Positions 7,604-15,196 of a stretch of DNA of 20,891 bases are shown piece after piece. The DNA lies in contig CAJWSQ010000021.1 of NCBI GenBank assembly GCA_913045895.1, forward strand, positions 1-20,891. The letters run 5' to 3'. Source of the stretch: an uncultured Flavobacteriales bacterium (GTDB taxonomy: Bacteria; Bacteroidota; Bacteroidia; Flavobacteriales_G; Salibacteraceae). The position numbers and the translations under genes were made by a program. The notes under the pieces were generated by a model. The model was not told the origin of the DNA. It made no database searches and worked only from the letters and a program-made list of their open reading frames with translations. Position 1 is the first letter of the stretch. Every line of letters starts with the position of its first letter.

Positions 7604-8296
7604 ATGGCTGATAAAATTAGTAGCCTTGTAAATGAGATAAATTCCTACTTATCAGACCGAGTATTATCTCGTCAAGAAAAAAGAGATTTAAAATCTATCA
7701 TTCAATCTATCTCATTGAATGAACATGATAAAACAGTTTTCTTATCAAAAGTTAGAGATTTACTTTTTGAAAATAAGTGGAACGCTTCGAGTGAACAACA
7801 AATTGAATGGTTCTATGAAATCTCTAAGTTGATTATAGCTACAGAAACAAATACTAACGAACACAACTCAAGTGCACGATTTAGCCCAGGAACTTCGTGT
7901 AGAGAAGCCATTTGTAATGCTATTCGATTCGCTAACAAAACCATAAGAATATGTGTTTTCACAATTAGTGATGATGATATCACAGAAGAAATAATCCGTG
8001 CACACAGATTGGGTAAAGACGTTAAAATAATAACTGACAACGATAAATCTTTTGATTTAGGATCTGACATTGAAGAAATGGAAAGAGCAGGCATTCCTGT
8101 AACTATGGATAATACTAGCGCTCACATGCATCATAAATTTGCGCTATTTGATAACAAAAAGTTGATTACAGGAAGTTACAACTGGACAAGATCGGCAGCA
8201 TCTCACAACCATGAAAATATAATTCTTACTCAAGACAAAACATTGGTTGAGGCGTTCATCCACGAGTTTAACACACTATGGAAAGAGTTGAATTAA
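7604..8296 (+). CDS. Phospholipase D-family single-HKD-domain protein (Nuc-like endonuclease/PLD nuclease superfamily), 230 aa, with a ~90-aa N-terminal extension of unknown function.
   Basis: A perfect HKD motif, HMHHKFALFDNKKLITGSYNWT (HxKxxxxD-x6-GSxN). The upstream beta-alpha segment (RICVFTISDDDITEEIIRAHRLGKDVKIITD) is typical of PLDc_2. Its start lies 3 bp after the stop of the XRE-S24 gene, indicating translational coupling. Confidence 0.8.
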   Translation: MADKISSLVNEINSYLSDRVLSRQEKRDLKSIIQSISLNEHDKTVFLSKVRDLLFENKWNASSEQQIEWFYEISKLIIATETNTNEHNSSARFSPGTSCREAICNAIRFANKTIRICVFTISDDDITEEIIRAHRLGKDVKIITDNDKSFDLGSDIEEMERAGIPVTMDNTSAHMHHKFALFDNKKLITGSYNWTRSAASHNHENIILTQDKTLVEAFIHEFNTLWKELN

Positions 8297-8347
8297 ACTC
8301 ATCCTAATCACCTATTTTCGCAAGCGCATTATAAGTCTTGCCGAACC

Positions 8348-10420
8348 ATGAAGTTTTTATTGAATACCCTATGCTTTTTACTCTGCATACAGCTTTGCTA
8401 TGCTCAACAAGATTTTTCTGATAAAACATACTTTCTAATTGATTCACTCAACCATTTTGAACTCAGTGGAGATGACAGCATACTTGTATTATCTAAAATA
8501 GAAAGCTATCACCAAGCAACTGAAGACACAAATAGACTCGCCATATTAGTAGAACTGGTAGAAGAATGCTGGAACGATGATGTATGGCCTCGGTATAATT
8601 CAGTGGTTTTATCGCAGGCAACGGATGCTTTAAATAAGATTGATAACCAAAAACTCCGCAACAAATACTTGCATTATCAGGGTGTAGCCTACGCCAATCA
8701 AGGTTACTTACACGATATTCAAAGTGATTTTGATATTGCTGAACAACACTATCTAAAAGCCTTAAAAGCATTTGAAGAAAGTGATGACGAGAAAGGCCAA
8801 GGCAAAATGCTTTACGCTATTGCACTCATTAATGAGGAACGAGGACGGGTACAAGTAGCCATTGATTATTTCAACAAATCACTCCGCCTAGCTGAGGCAA
8901 GTGGCGACTCCACTGGTTTGACTCATTTGTCTATGAGTTTGGGAGATATCCACTCAAGCTTGAGCAATAAAGAGGAAGCAATGGATCACTACAAACGTGC
9001 TTTACAGTTAGCTAAAGGCACTGGTGATAAACGCCTTGAAGGGTTTGCATCTACCACTTTAGCAACCATGTATTTATATCAGGAAGATTATGAACAAGCT
9101 CGCGAATTGAGTCTAAAAGGCATTCAACTTTTAGATGAAGCAAAAGCAGGAGCTGACAAAATAAACGGGTTGGATGTATTGGGTAGAATAGCTGCAAAAC
9201 AAGGTCAACTTGATTCTGCCGAGATGTACTTTACCGAAATCATTAGGTTGGCTGAAAATGCTAATCGACCACAAGATTTAGTACAAGGACTTTACTCACT
9301 TGCTCAAAATGATCTGAAGCGAGGTGATTTTACTAAAGCTGAAAAAAATGCAAAGGAAGCTTATCGTATCACTAAAGAGTTGGACTTAAAATATAAACTG
9401 AGCGATGCCGCTGGTTTACTGGCAGAGATTTACACGCAAACCAATAAGTATAAAGAAGCCAATAAATACTTGTTGGAGTTTAATAATCTGAAAGATACAC
9501 TCCGCAATGAAAACCTTAAAAACCAAGCTTTAAAGCAATCTATAGAATACGAGTACGAAAAACAAAAAGCTGTTGATGAAGCTGAGCATGAAGCCCAATT
9601 AGCAATTGCCGCTGCACGTGAATCCAGACAAAACATCATCATTTGGGCTGTTGCTGCAATCTTAGTTTTAATCAGCATTGCATTGGTGTTGAATTTCTTC
9701 CGTTTACGTACCATTCGAAAACAAAAAGAAGAACTGGATGAAGCATATCATCAACTGGAACTGAGTAAAAACGATAAAATTCTAGCCTCGAACTTGAAGG
9801 CACTTCAGGCGCAGATGAATCCACACTTTATTTTCAATGCGCTGAATTCCATCCAAACATTGGTGTTGCATGGAGACGTAGATAGCTCTTACGATTACAT
9901 CAACAAATTTGCGATGTTAATCAGAGAAACGCTCAATGCTTCTGAGCAAGAATTTATTCCGATTGAAAAAGAGATTGAATCGCTTGAAACGTATTTGAAT
10001 TTAGAAAAGCTAAGATTCAGAGAAGATTTCAATTATCAAATAAAAGCTCCAAATGAAGTTCCAGATAAGTACATCCCTCCTATGCTAATTCAACCGTTTA
10101 TTGAAAATGCACTGAAACATGGCCTTTTCCACAAAGAAACCGATCGTGAGCTGGATGTAAAAATCACTATTTCAGATACACTTACTTGTGTGATTGAAGA
10201 CAACGGAATTGGTAGAAAAGCATCTAAAAAAATCAATCAAAGTAGAAGTGCTAGTCACAAATCATATGCTATTAGCTCTATTAAAAAGCGCTTGGAAATG
10301 ATGCAAGAAAAACTCAAAACAACCATCGGTGTGAATTACGAAGATTTGGAAGAAAATGGCCAAGCTGTTGGAACAAGAGTCACCATCAGAATTCCAATTT
10401 ATGACCGTTCCTCAAATTAA
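8348..10420 (+). CDS. Sensor histidine kinase, LytS/YehU type (His_kinase plus HATPase), with signal peptide, large periplasmic TPR-repeat sensor domain and a single transmembrane helix. 690 aa.
   Basis: Signal peptide MKFLLNTLCFLLCIQLCYAQQ. TPR-like repeats (AIALINEERGRVQVAIDYFNKSLRLAE..., AMDHYKRALQLAK...). Transmembrane helix IIIWAVAAILVLISIALVLNFF. The His_kinase (PF06580-type) motif LKALQAQMNPHFIFNALNSIQ carries the phospho-accepting His. The ATPase-region motifs are PPMLIQPFIENALKHG and IEDNGIG. Confidence 0.85.
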   Translation: MKFLLNTLCFLLCIQLCYAQQDFSDKTYFLIDSLNHFELSGDDSILVLSKIESYHQATEDTNRLAILVELVEECWNDDVWPRYNSVVLSQATDALNKIDNQKLRNKYLHYQGVAYANQGYLHDIQSDFDIAEQHYLKALKAFEESDDEKGQGKMLYAIALINEERGRVQVAIDYFNKSLRLAEASGDSTGLTHLSMSLGDIHSSLSNKEEAMDHYKRALQLAKGTGDKRLEGFASTTLATMYLYQEDYEQARELSLKGIQLLDEAKAGADKINGLDVLGRIAAKQGQLDSAEMYFTEIIRLAENANRPQDLVQGLYSLAQNDLKRGDFTKAEKNAKEAYRITKELDLKYKLSDAAGLLAEIYTQTNKYKEANKYLLEFNNLKDTLRNENLKNQALKQSIEYEYEKQKAVDEAEHEAQLAIAAARESRQNIIIWAVAAILVLISIALVLNFFRLRTIRKQKEELDEAYHQLELSKNDKILASNLKALQAQMNPHFIFNALNSIQTLVLHGDVDSSYDYINKFAMLIRETLNASEQEFIPIEKEIESLETYLNLEKLRFREDFNYQIKAPNEVPDKYIPPMLIQPFIENALKHGLFHKETDRELDVKITISDTLTCVIEDNGIGRKASKKINQSRSASHKSYAISSIKKRLEMMQEKLKTTIGVNYEDLEENGQAVGTRVTIRIPIYDRSSN
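9540..10420 (+). repeat. About 0.88-kb direct repeat (copy 1), which pairs with 11690-12570 (copy 2). It encodes the TM helix plus the entire transmitter half of the two kinases. Nucleotide identity is about 85-90% by eye.
   Basis: The proteins are colinear and almost identical from KQSIEYEYEKQ.. to ..RVTIRIPIYD. The DNA aligns with scattered synonymous changes. Confidence 0.8.
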
Positions 10421-10496
10421 TTGTACGCTGTGTCAAGTAAAATTGAGTAATCGCCTCCTTCCTCTACTTTCGCCCGCATTAAAGCATTGCCAATTC

Positions 10497-12587
10497 ATGA
10501 AGTATCTCTTTAGCATTCTGTGTTTCCTGCTTAGCCTACAATTTTCCTTCGCGCAAAAAGATTTTTCAGACAAAGCCTACTTCTTGGTTGATTCGTTGAA
10601 TTTCATTGAGCTTTCAAAAAACGATTCTCTACTCATTCTTGAAACGGCAAAAAACTACCATGCAGCCAAGCACGATACCACCAAGCTCCAAATCCTTGAA
10701 AATCTGGTGGATGAATGCTGGAATGATGATGTTTGGCCGCGCTACAATCTGTTTATGCGAAATGAAGCCAAAAGACTGATTTCAACCGTTGATTCAGGAA
10801 GCGATGAATGGCGCAGGTATTTGTATTTTCTGGGAAGTGGAACCGGAGGAATCGGCTTCCAATTTGATGTAATTGGTCAAACAGATTCGGCCACTCATTA
10901 CTACCACGAAGCACTGGAGTATTTTATTAAAGGGAATCATACTGAAGGTGAAAGCCTTATTTACGATGCTCTTGCCATGATATATGAATTGAAGGGAGAC
11001 ATGCGTAAGGCGCTTGAATTCTATAACAAGGCTCTACAATTGGCAGAAAAAAATCACGACTCAATCGCAATAGCTAATGCAGCGGTTAGCTTGGGAGATT
11101 TACATGGTGAATTGAAGAATTATCAGCTGAGCCGAGAACTATACTTAGAAGCTATTGAAGCTGCACATGCTACCAATCAAAAACGTGTTGAAGGATTCAC
11201 TTACACCTCATTAGCAACCGACTATGTCGACAGAAATAAAACTGACAGCGCAAAAATCCTGACTAAGATCGGATTGAAAATCTTGGAAGATTCCGGAAAC
11301 GAAAATACCATGAGTAATGGATTTAACATGCTCGGAAATATTGCGCTTTTTGAAAAAAAACTTGACACCGCTCGATACTATTTCAATGAAATGGATCGGA
11401 TTGCCATAGCCAATCATCAGCCCGAGGATATGATTATAGCTCAGAGTAATCTTTACAGAGTTGAAAGAGCTTCTGGGAATTACGCGAAAGCTAAAATCCA
11501 CGCTCTAAACGGATATCGGGTAGCTAAGGCCAACGATTTCCCTGGCCTATTGAGCAGAACTTCTAAAGATTTGGCTCAAATTTACGCCCAACAAAACCAA
11601 AGCGATTCCGCCTATAAATATTTATTGGAATACTCCATTTTGAGTGATAGCATAGTAAACACCGAGCTTAAAAATGAAGCGATCAAACAATCGATAGAAT
11701 ACGAATACGAAAAACAACAGGCAATTGATGAGGCTGAACACGAAGCCGAAATGGCTATTGCTGCTGCACGTGAATCTAGGCAAAACATTATCATTTGGGC
11801 AGTTGCCGCAATCTTAGTTTTAATCAGCATTGCATTGGTGATGAATTTCTTCCGTTTACGCACCATTCGAAAACAAAAAGAAGCGTTAGATGAAGCATAT
11901 CATCAACTGGAATTGAGTAAAAACGATAAGATTCTTGCATCGAATTTAAAGGCACTTCAGGCACAAATGAATCCGCATTTTATTTTCAATGCGTTAAATT
12001 CCATCCAAACATTGGTGTTGCATGGAGATGTAGATAGCTCTTACGATTACATCAATAAATTCGCGATGTTGATCAGAGAAACGCTCAATGCTTCTGAACA
12101 AGAATTTATTCCGATAGAAAAAGAAATTGAATCACTTCAAACGTATTTGAAATTAGAGAAGCTTCGGTTTAGAGATGACTTCAATTATGAGATCAACACG
12201 CCAGATCGCATTCCAAACAAGTACATCCCTCCTATGCTGATTCAGCCATTTATTGAAAACGCACTGAAACATGGTCTTTTCCACAAAGAAACCGATCGTG
12301 AGTTGGATGTAAAAATCACTATTTCAGATACACTTATTTGTGTGATTGAAGATAACGGAATTGGTAGAGAAGCATCTAAAAAAATCAATCAAAGTCGCAA
12401 TGCAGATCACAAATCATACGCCATTGGCTCAATTAAAAAGCGATTGGAAATGATGCAAGAAAAACTCAAAACAACCATCGGTGTGAATTACGAAGACTTG
12501 GAAGAAAATGGTACCGCAGTCGGAACACGAGTTACCATTAGAATTCCGATTTACGACAGTTCGTCAAATAAAACCAACGCTGCGTAA
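10497..12587 (+). CDS. Paralogous TPR-sensor histidine kinase (LytS/His_kinase type), 696 aa. The C-terminal ~295 aa are near-identical to the upstream kinase, and the TPR sensor domain is divergent.
   Basis: The ORF-track entry 10356..12587 overlaps the upstream gene. The in-frame ATG at 10497 gives the start MKYLFSILCFLLSLQFSFAQKDFSDKAYFLVDSLN, homologous to the HK1 start MKFLL...YAQQDFSDKTYFLIDSLN. It has the same TM helix, H-box (MNPHFIFNALNSIQ) and ATPase motifs. Confidence 0.85.
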   Translation: MKYLFSILCFLLSLQFSFAQKDFSDKAYFLVDSLNFIELSKNDSLLILETAKNYHAAKHDTTKLQILENLVDECWNDDVWPRYNLFMRNEAKRLISTVDSGSDEWRRYLYFLGSGTGGIGFQFDVIGQTDSATHYYHEALEYFIKGNHTEGESLIYDALAMIYELKGDMRKALEFYNKALQLAEKNHDSIAIANAAVSLGDLHGELKNYQLSRELYLEAIEAAHATNQKRVEGFTYTSLATDYVDRNKTDSAKILTKIGLKILEDSGNENTMSNGFNMLGNIALFEKKLDTARYYFNEMDRIAIANHQPEDMIIAQSNLYRVERASGNYAKAKIHALNGYRVAKANDFPGLLSRTSKDLAQIYAQQNQSDSAYKYLLEYSILSDSIVNTELKNEAIKQSIEYEYEKQQAIDEAEHEAEMAIAAARESRQNIIIWAVAAILVLISIALVMNFFRLRTIRKQKEALDEAYHQLELSKNDKILASNLKALQAQMNPHFIFNALNSIQTLVLHGDVDSSYDYINKFAMLIRETLNASEQEFIPIEKEIESLQTYLKLEKLRFRDDFNYEINTPDRIPNKYIPPMLIQPFIENALKHGLFHKETDRELDVKITISDTLICVIEDNGIGREASKKINQSRNADHKSYAIGSIKKRLEMMQEKLKTTIGVNYEDLEENGTAVGTRVTIRIPIYDSSSNKTNAA

Positions 12588-12622
12588 AGTAAATTTGCAC
12601 AACCAGTTACTAGTAATTTGAT

Positions 12623-13363
12623 TTGAACTCCATGAATAAAATACGCGCAATAATAGTTGATGATGAAGCCAGTGCACGCGAAAACTTGGCACTACTCATT
12701 AATCGATTCTGCCCCAATATTGAGGTGCTTTCATCATTCAATTTATTGAAAAAGGCGGTTGATTATTTACAAAATAACGAGGTTGATGTAGTTTTTTTGG
12801 ATGTTGAAATGCCCGAACATGCTGGTTATGAAATCGTGGACTTTTTTGATGAAATCAATTTCGATATCGTGTTTTGTACAGCTTACGATAAGTACGCCAT
12901 CAAGGCATTTGAAATCTCTGCAATTGATTATTTACTGAAACCAGTAGACATCACACGTTTAAAACAGGCCGCTGAGAAACTTCAGGAGAAACAACTTTTC
13001 AGAATCACCCAAGAACAAGTCAATCAAATAAATAGCTCGTTTAGAAACACCATAAAAGTAATGGATCGTGGTGAGCGTGTTCTGCTAAACAAAACAGATA
13101 TTATTGCTATTGAAGGTCAATCTGCTTACAGTAAAATTTACACCCTCGATAAAAACTACACCGCCAGTAAAAACATTGCGCAACTGGAAGAAGAATTGGT
13201 GAATGATTCGTTTTTCTACCGCAGTCAAAAATCGTGGATTGTAAACCTCAACTACATTGACAAAGTCAATAAAACCGATAAAATAATCCATCTCCAACAA
13301 GGTATTGATGCTAAAGTATCGCGCCAAAAGTCAAAAGAATTTTACGAGTTAATCAACTTGTAA
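12623..13363 (+). CDS. LytTR-family response regulator (REC receiver plus LytTR DNA-binding domain), 246 aa.
   Basis: REC signature: KIRAIIVDDEASARENLALLI...VDVVFLDVEMPEHAGYEIV...IVFCTAYDKYAIKAFEISAIDYLLKP. LytTR signature: VLLNKTDIIAIEGQSAYSKIYT...ELVNDSFFYRSQKSWIVNLNYIDKV. It lies 35 bp after the second kinase. Confidence 0.9.
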   Translation: MNSMNKIRAIIVDDEASARENLALLINRFCPNIEVLSSFNLLKKAVDYLQNNEVDVVFLDVEMPEHAGYEIVDFFDEINFDIVFCTAYDKYAIKAFEISAIDYLLKPVDITRLKQAAEKLQEKQLFRITQEQVNQINSSFRNTIKVMDRGERVLLNKTDIIAIEGQSAYSKIYTLDKNYTASKNIAQLEEELVNDSFFYRSQKSWIVNLNYIDKVNKTDKIIHLQQGIDAKVSRQKSKEFYELINL

Positions 13364-13366
13364 AAG

Positions 13367-13399
13367 CACTTCCTCAAATAAAAATCACACTTCCTCAAA
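13367..13399 (+). promoter_or_regulatory. Pair of direct repeats cACTTCCTCAAA (13367-13378 and 13388-13399) with 21-bp periodicity (12-bp repeat plus 9-bp spacer). This is a candidate LytTR response-regulator binding site just upstream of a TAGGTTTG -7 box (13428-13435).
   Basis: Two perfect copies of CACTTCCTCAAA start exactly 21 bp apart. LytTR regulators (the AgrA/ComE/PlnC paradigm) bind 9-10-bp direct repeats with a 12-bp spacer. The same arrangement recurs upstream of the next two genes. A TAnnTTTG match lies about 30 bp downstream. Confidence 0.55.
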
Positions 13400-13469
13400 G
13401 CTATTTTTCTTCGATTGAAAGGGACTCTAGGTTTGCTTGATCTTATTCAAACAAACAACATACCTTATC

Positions 13470-15002
13470 ATGAAAAGAATTTTACTCAGCCTGGCTTTAG
13501 CAAGTAGCAGTTTATTGAGCATTCAAGCACAATCAACCATTTACGTAAACGATGATGCTACTGGAAACAACGATGGATCTTCTTGGGCAAACGCATACAA
13601 CGATTTAAACGAAGCGTTGACGAACAGCTCTACAAATGATGAAATCTGGATTGCAGAAGGATTTTATACCAGAACATCTTCTACCGAAACTTTTAGAGTT
13701 GATAACGATGTTAGAATTTACGGTGGTTTTAGCGGAAATGAAACGGACAAAGACCAACGAAACATAAAAGCAAATCCTACGGTTGTTAGTGGAGATGTAA
13801 GTTGGAACGACCAAGGTATTGTTAGCAGTTCAAACAGCTATATGCAAGACAATGCCGAGCACGTATTTGAAGTACATAGCACCAACAGAGCCGTTTTTGA
13901 TGGACTTATTATTGAACACGCTTTTAGTACAACAGCAGCAGGTGGTGGAATTTATGTGTACTCTCAATCGATGAACAATTTGGAAATTTCAAACTGTATT
14001 ATCAGAGAGAATGTGTCTGCCAACAGAGCCGGAGTTCTTTTCTATTCAGAAGTTCCAGCGGCATTTTTGATGTACAACAACATTATTGAAAAGAATGTGA
14101 ATGCAGATTTCAACTCTGCTTATACCGTTGAATACAGAATTACTGGAAACAGCCACGTTTATTCAGAAGTACACATGGTGAACAACCTGTTTAACGACAA
14201 CATTACAGAAGCATTTGGTATGGGTGGAACTTGCGGAAGGTTTACCATCACACCTGGAGGTTGCGAGATAGACATTTTCCTAATCAATAACACTTTCATC
14301 AATAATGCTCAAGGCAGCAACATACCTGGCTTATTCGCTTATGAGTCTCATGGAGCTTCAAGCTACTTCTACCCTCACATCAGCAACAATATCTTCTACA
14401 ACAATTATGAAGCAACAGACATCTTTAGAGTTTCAAATGGAAGTGCTAATACATTAGTTATCTTCCCAGAAGATTCTCATAACAATATTCAAGATTTTCC
14501 TGATCTACAAGGGTTAACCAATACGCAAATCATTAACGCTACGCCTTTTGTAGATTTTGTAAATGGAGATTACAGACCAATTGCAGCTTACGAAACTGGT
14601 GGAAATCCAGCCATGTACAGCAATTCAAATTTGATAGATGTATTTGCCGATCAAATGTATCCAGAGTTAGATTTAGCAGGAAATCCAAGATTTAATACTC
14701 AAGGAGAAATAGCTATTGGAGCTAGTCAGGCAGGTCCAAATACTTTGAGTGTAGATGATTTGAAAGAAACTGCCAATTTGAGCATCTTCCCCAATCCAGC
14801 TGACAACATCATTACCATAAAACATGAGTTAACTGGTAACTTAGACATTTCGATTTACACGTTAACTGGAGCTCAGGTTTCTAACACCGTTCTTTCTGAT
14901 AATTTAAACACGATTGATGTTTCTAATTTACCAACTGGCTACTACATTTTGAAAGCTAAATCAGGCAATCAAGAACACGTAGAAAAACTCATTATAAAAT
15001 AA
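13470..15002 (+). CDS. Secreted T9SS cargo protein (510 aa from the ATG). It has a signal peptide, a conserved N-terminal beta-helix-family motif, a parallel beta-helix-like repeat region and a Por-secretion-system C-terminal sorting domain. Paralog 1 of 3.
   Basis: The ORF track starts at a TTG (13437). The ATG at 13470 gives MKRILLSLALASSSLLSIQAQ, a typical signal peptide. The motif IYVNDDATGNNDGSSWANAYNDLNEAL...IWIAEGFYT...YGGFSGNET is shared with the next two genes. The C-terminal domain is FPNPADNIITIKHEL...GYYILKAKSGNQEHVEKLIIK. Confidence 0.8.
   Translation: MKRILLSLALASSSLLSIQAQSTIYVNDDATGNNDGSSWANAYNDLNEALTNSSTNDEIWIAEGFYTRTSSTETFRVDNDVRIYGGFSGNETDKDQRNIKANPTVVSGDVSWNDQGIVSSSNSYMQDNAEHVFEVHSTNRAVFDGLIIEHAFSTTAAGGGIYVYSQSMNNLEISNCIIRENVSANRAGVLFYSEVPAAFLMYNNIIEKNVNADFNSAYTVEYRITGNSHVYSEVHMVNNLFNDNITEAFGMGGTCGRFTITPGGCEIDIFLINNTFINNAQGSNIPGLFAYESHGASSYFYPHISNNIFYNNYEATDIFRVSNGSANTLVIFPEDSHNNIQDFPDLQGLTNTQIINATPFVDFVNGDYRPIAAYETGGNPAMYSNSNLIDVFADQMYPELDLAGNPRFNTQGEIAIGASQAGPNTLSVDDLKETANLSIFPNPADNIITIKHELTGNLDISIYTLTGAQVSNTVLSDNLNTIDVSNLPTGYYILKAKSGNQEHVEKLIIK
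14781..14999 (+). repeat. About 220-bp T9SS C-terminal-domain-coding repeat, copy 1 of 4. The other copies are at 16880-17098, 18948-19166 and 20568-20786.
   Basis: The four 73-aa C-terminal domains are over 75% identical. The DNA of copies 3 and 4 is the most similar. Confidence 0.7.
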
Positions 15003-15030
15003 CATCTAAACGATTCATGTTTGAATAATC

Positions 15031-15070
15031 AAAGGCTCGGTATCTCTTGATATTGGATCTTTGTGTTTTT
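15031..15070 (+). terminator. Degenerate rho-independent terminator-like hairpin plus T-tract after paralog 1 (AGGCTCGGTATC..GATATTGGATCTTTGTGTTTTT).
   Basis: An imperfect stem with several G-U pairs followed by TTTGTGTTTTT. It is homologous to the cleaner terminators after paralogs 2 and 3. Confidence 0.4.
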
Positions 15071-15079
15071 ATAAAATGT

Positions 15080-15111
15080 ACTTCCTCAAATAAAAATTGC
15101 ACTTCCTCAAA
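15080..15111 (+). promoter_or_regulatory. Second instance of the ACTTCCTCAAA direct-repeat pair (cores 15080-15090 and 15101-15111, 21 bp apart), with a TACGTTTG -7 box at 15140-15147.
   Basis: It has the same 21-bp periodicity and the same position relative to the TAnnTTTG box as at 13367-13399. Confidence 0.55.
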
Positions 15112-15196
15112 GTTATTTCTTTAAGCGTTTTTGAGCCGCTACGTTTGCGGCATCTTATTCAAACAAACAACATTAATTCAAATGAAACACAGAGCT

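Noticed and set aside
8297-8347. Looked for a LytTR-type ACTTCCTCAAA repeat upstream of the first kinase (autoregulation of the two-component operon).
   Set aside because: No copy of the motif or its reverse complement occurs in 8297-8347, nor upstream of the fourth T9SS gene (19170-19319). There is no evidence for autoregulation from this motif.
9430-9714. 94-aa (9430..9714 -) and 84-aa (11612..11866 -) antisense ORFs inside the two kinase genes, similar to each other.
   Set aside because: Their similarity only reflects the duplicated kinase DNA. They lie antisense to well-supported kinase coding sequence and give implausible Cys/Ala-rich translations.
10356-10496. The ORF-track start at 10356 for the second kinase, overlapping the end of the first kinase.
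   Set aside because: The 47-codon extension has no homology to the HK1 N-terminus and overlaps the upstream stop region. The in-frame ATG at 10497 gives a signal peptide homologous to the start of HK1.
13437-13469. ORF-track TTG/alternative starts at 13437, 15131 and 17226 for the T9SS paralogs.
   Set aside because: These extensions run through the conserved promoter cassette (TAnnTTTG box and activator sites) and precede a homologous ATG that begins a canonical signal peptide (MKRILLSL / MKKALLSL). The ATG starts at 13470, 15197 and 17295 are preferred.
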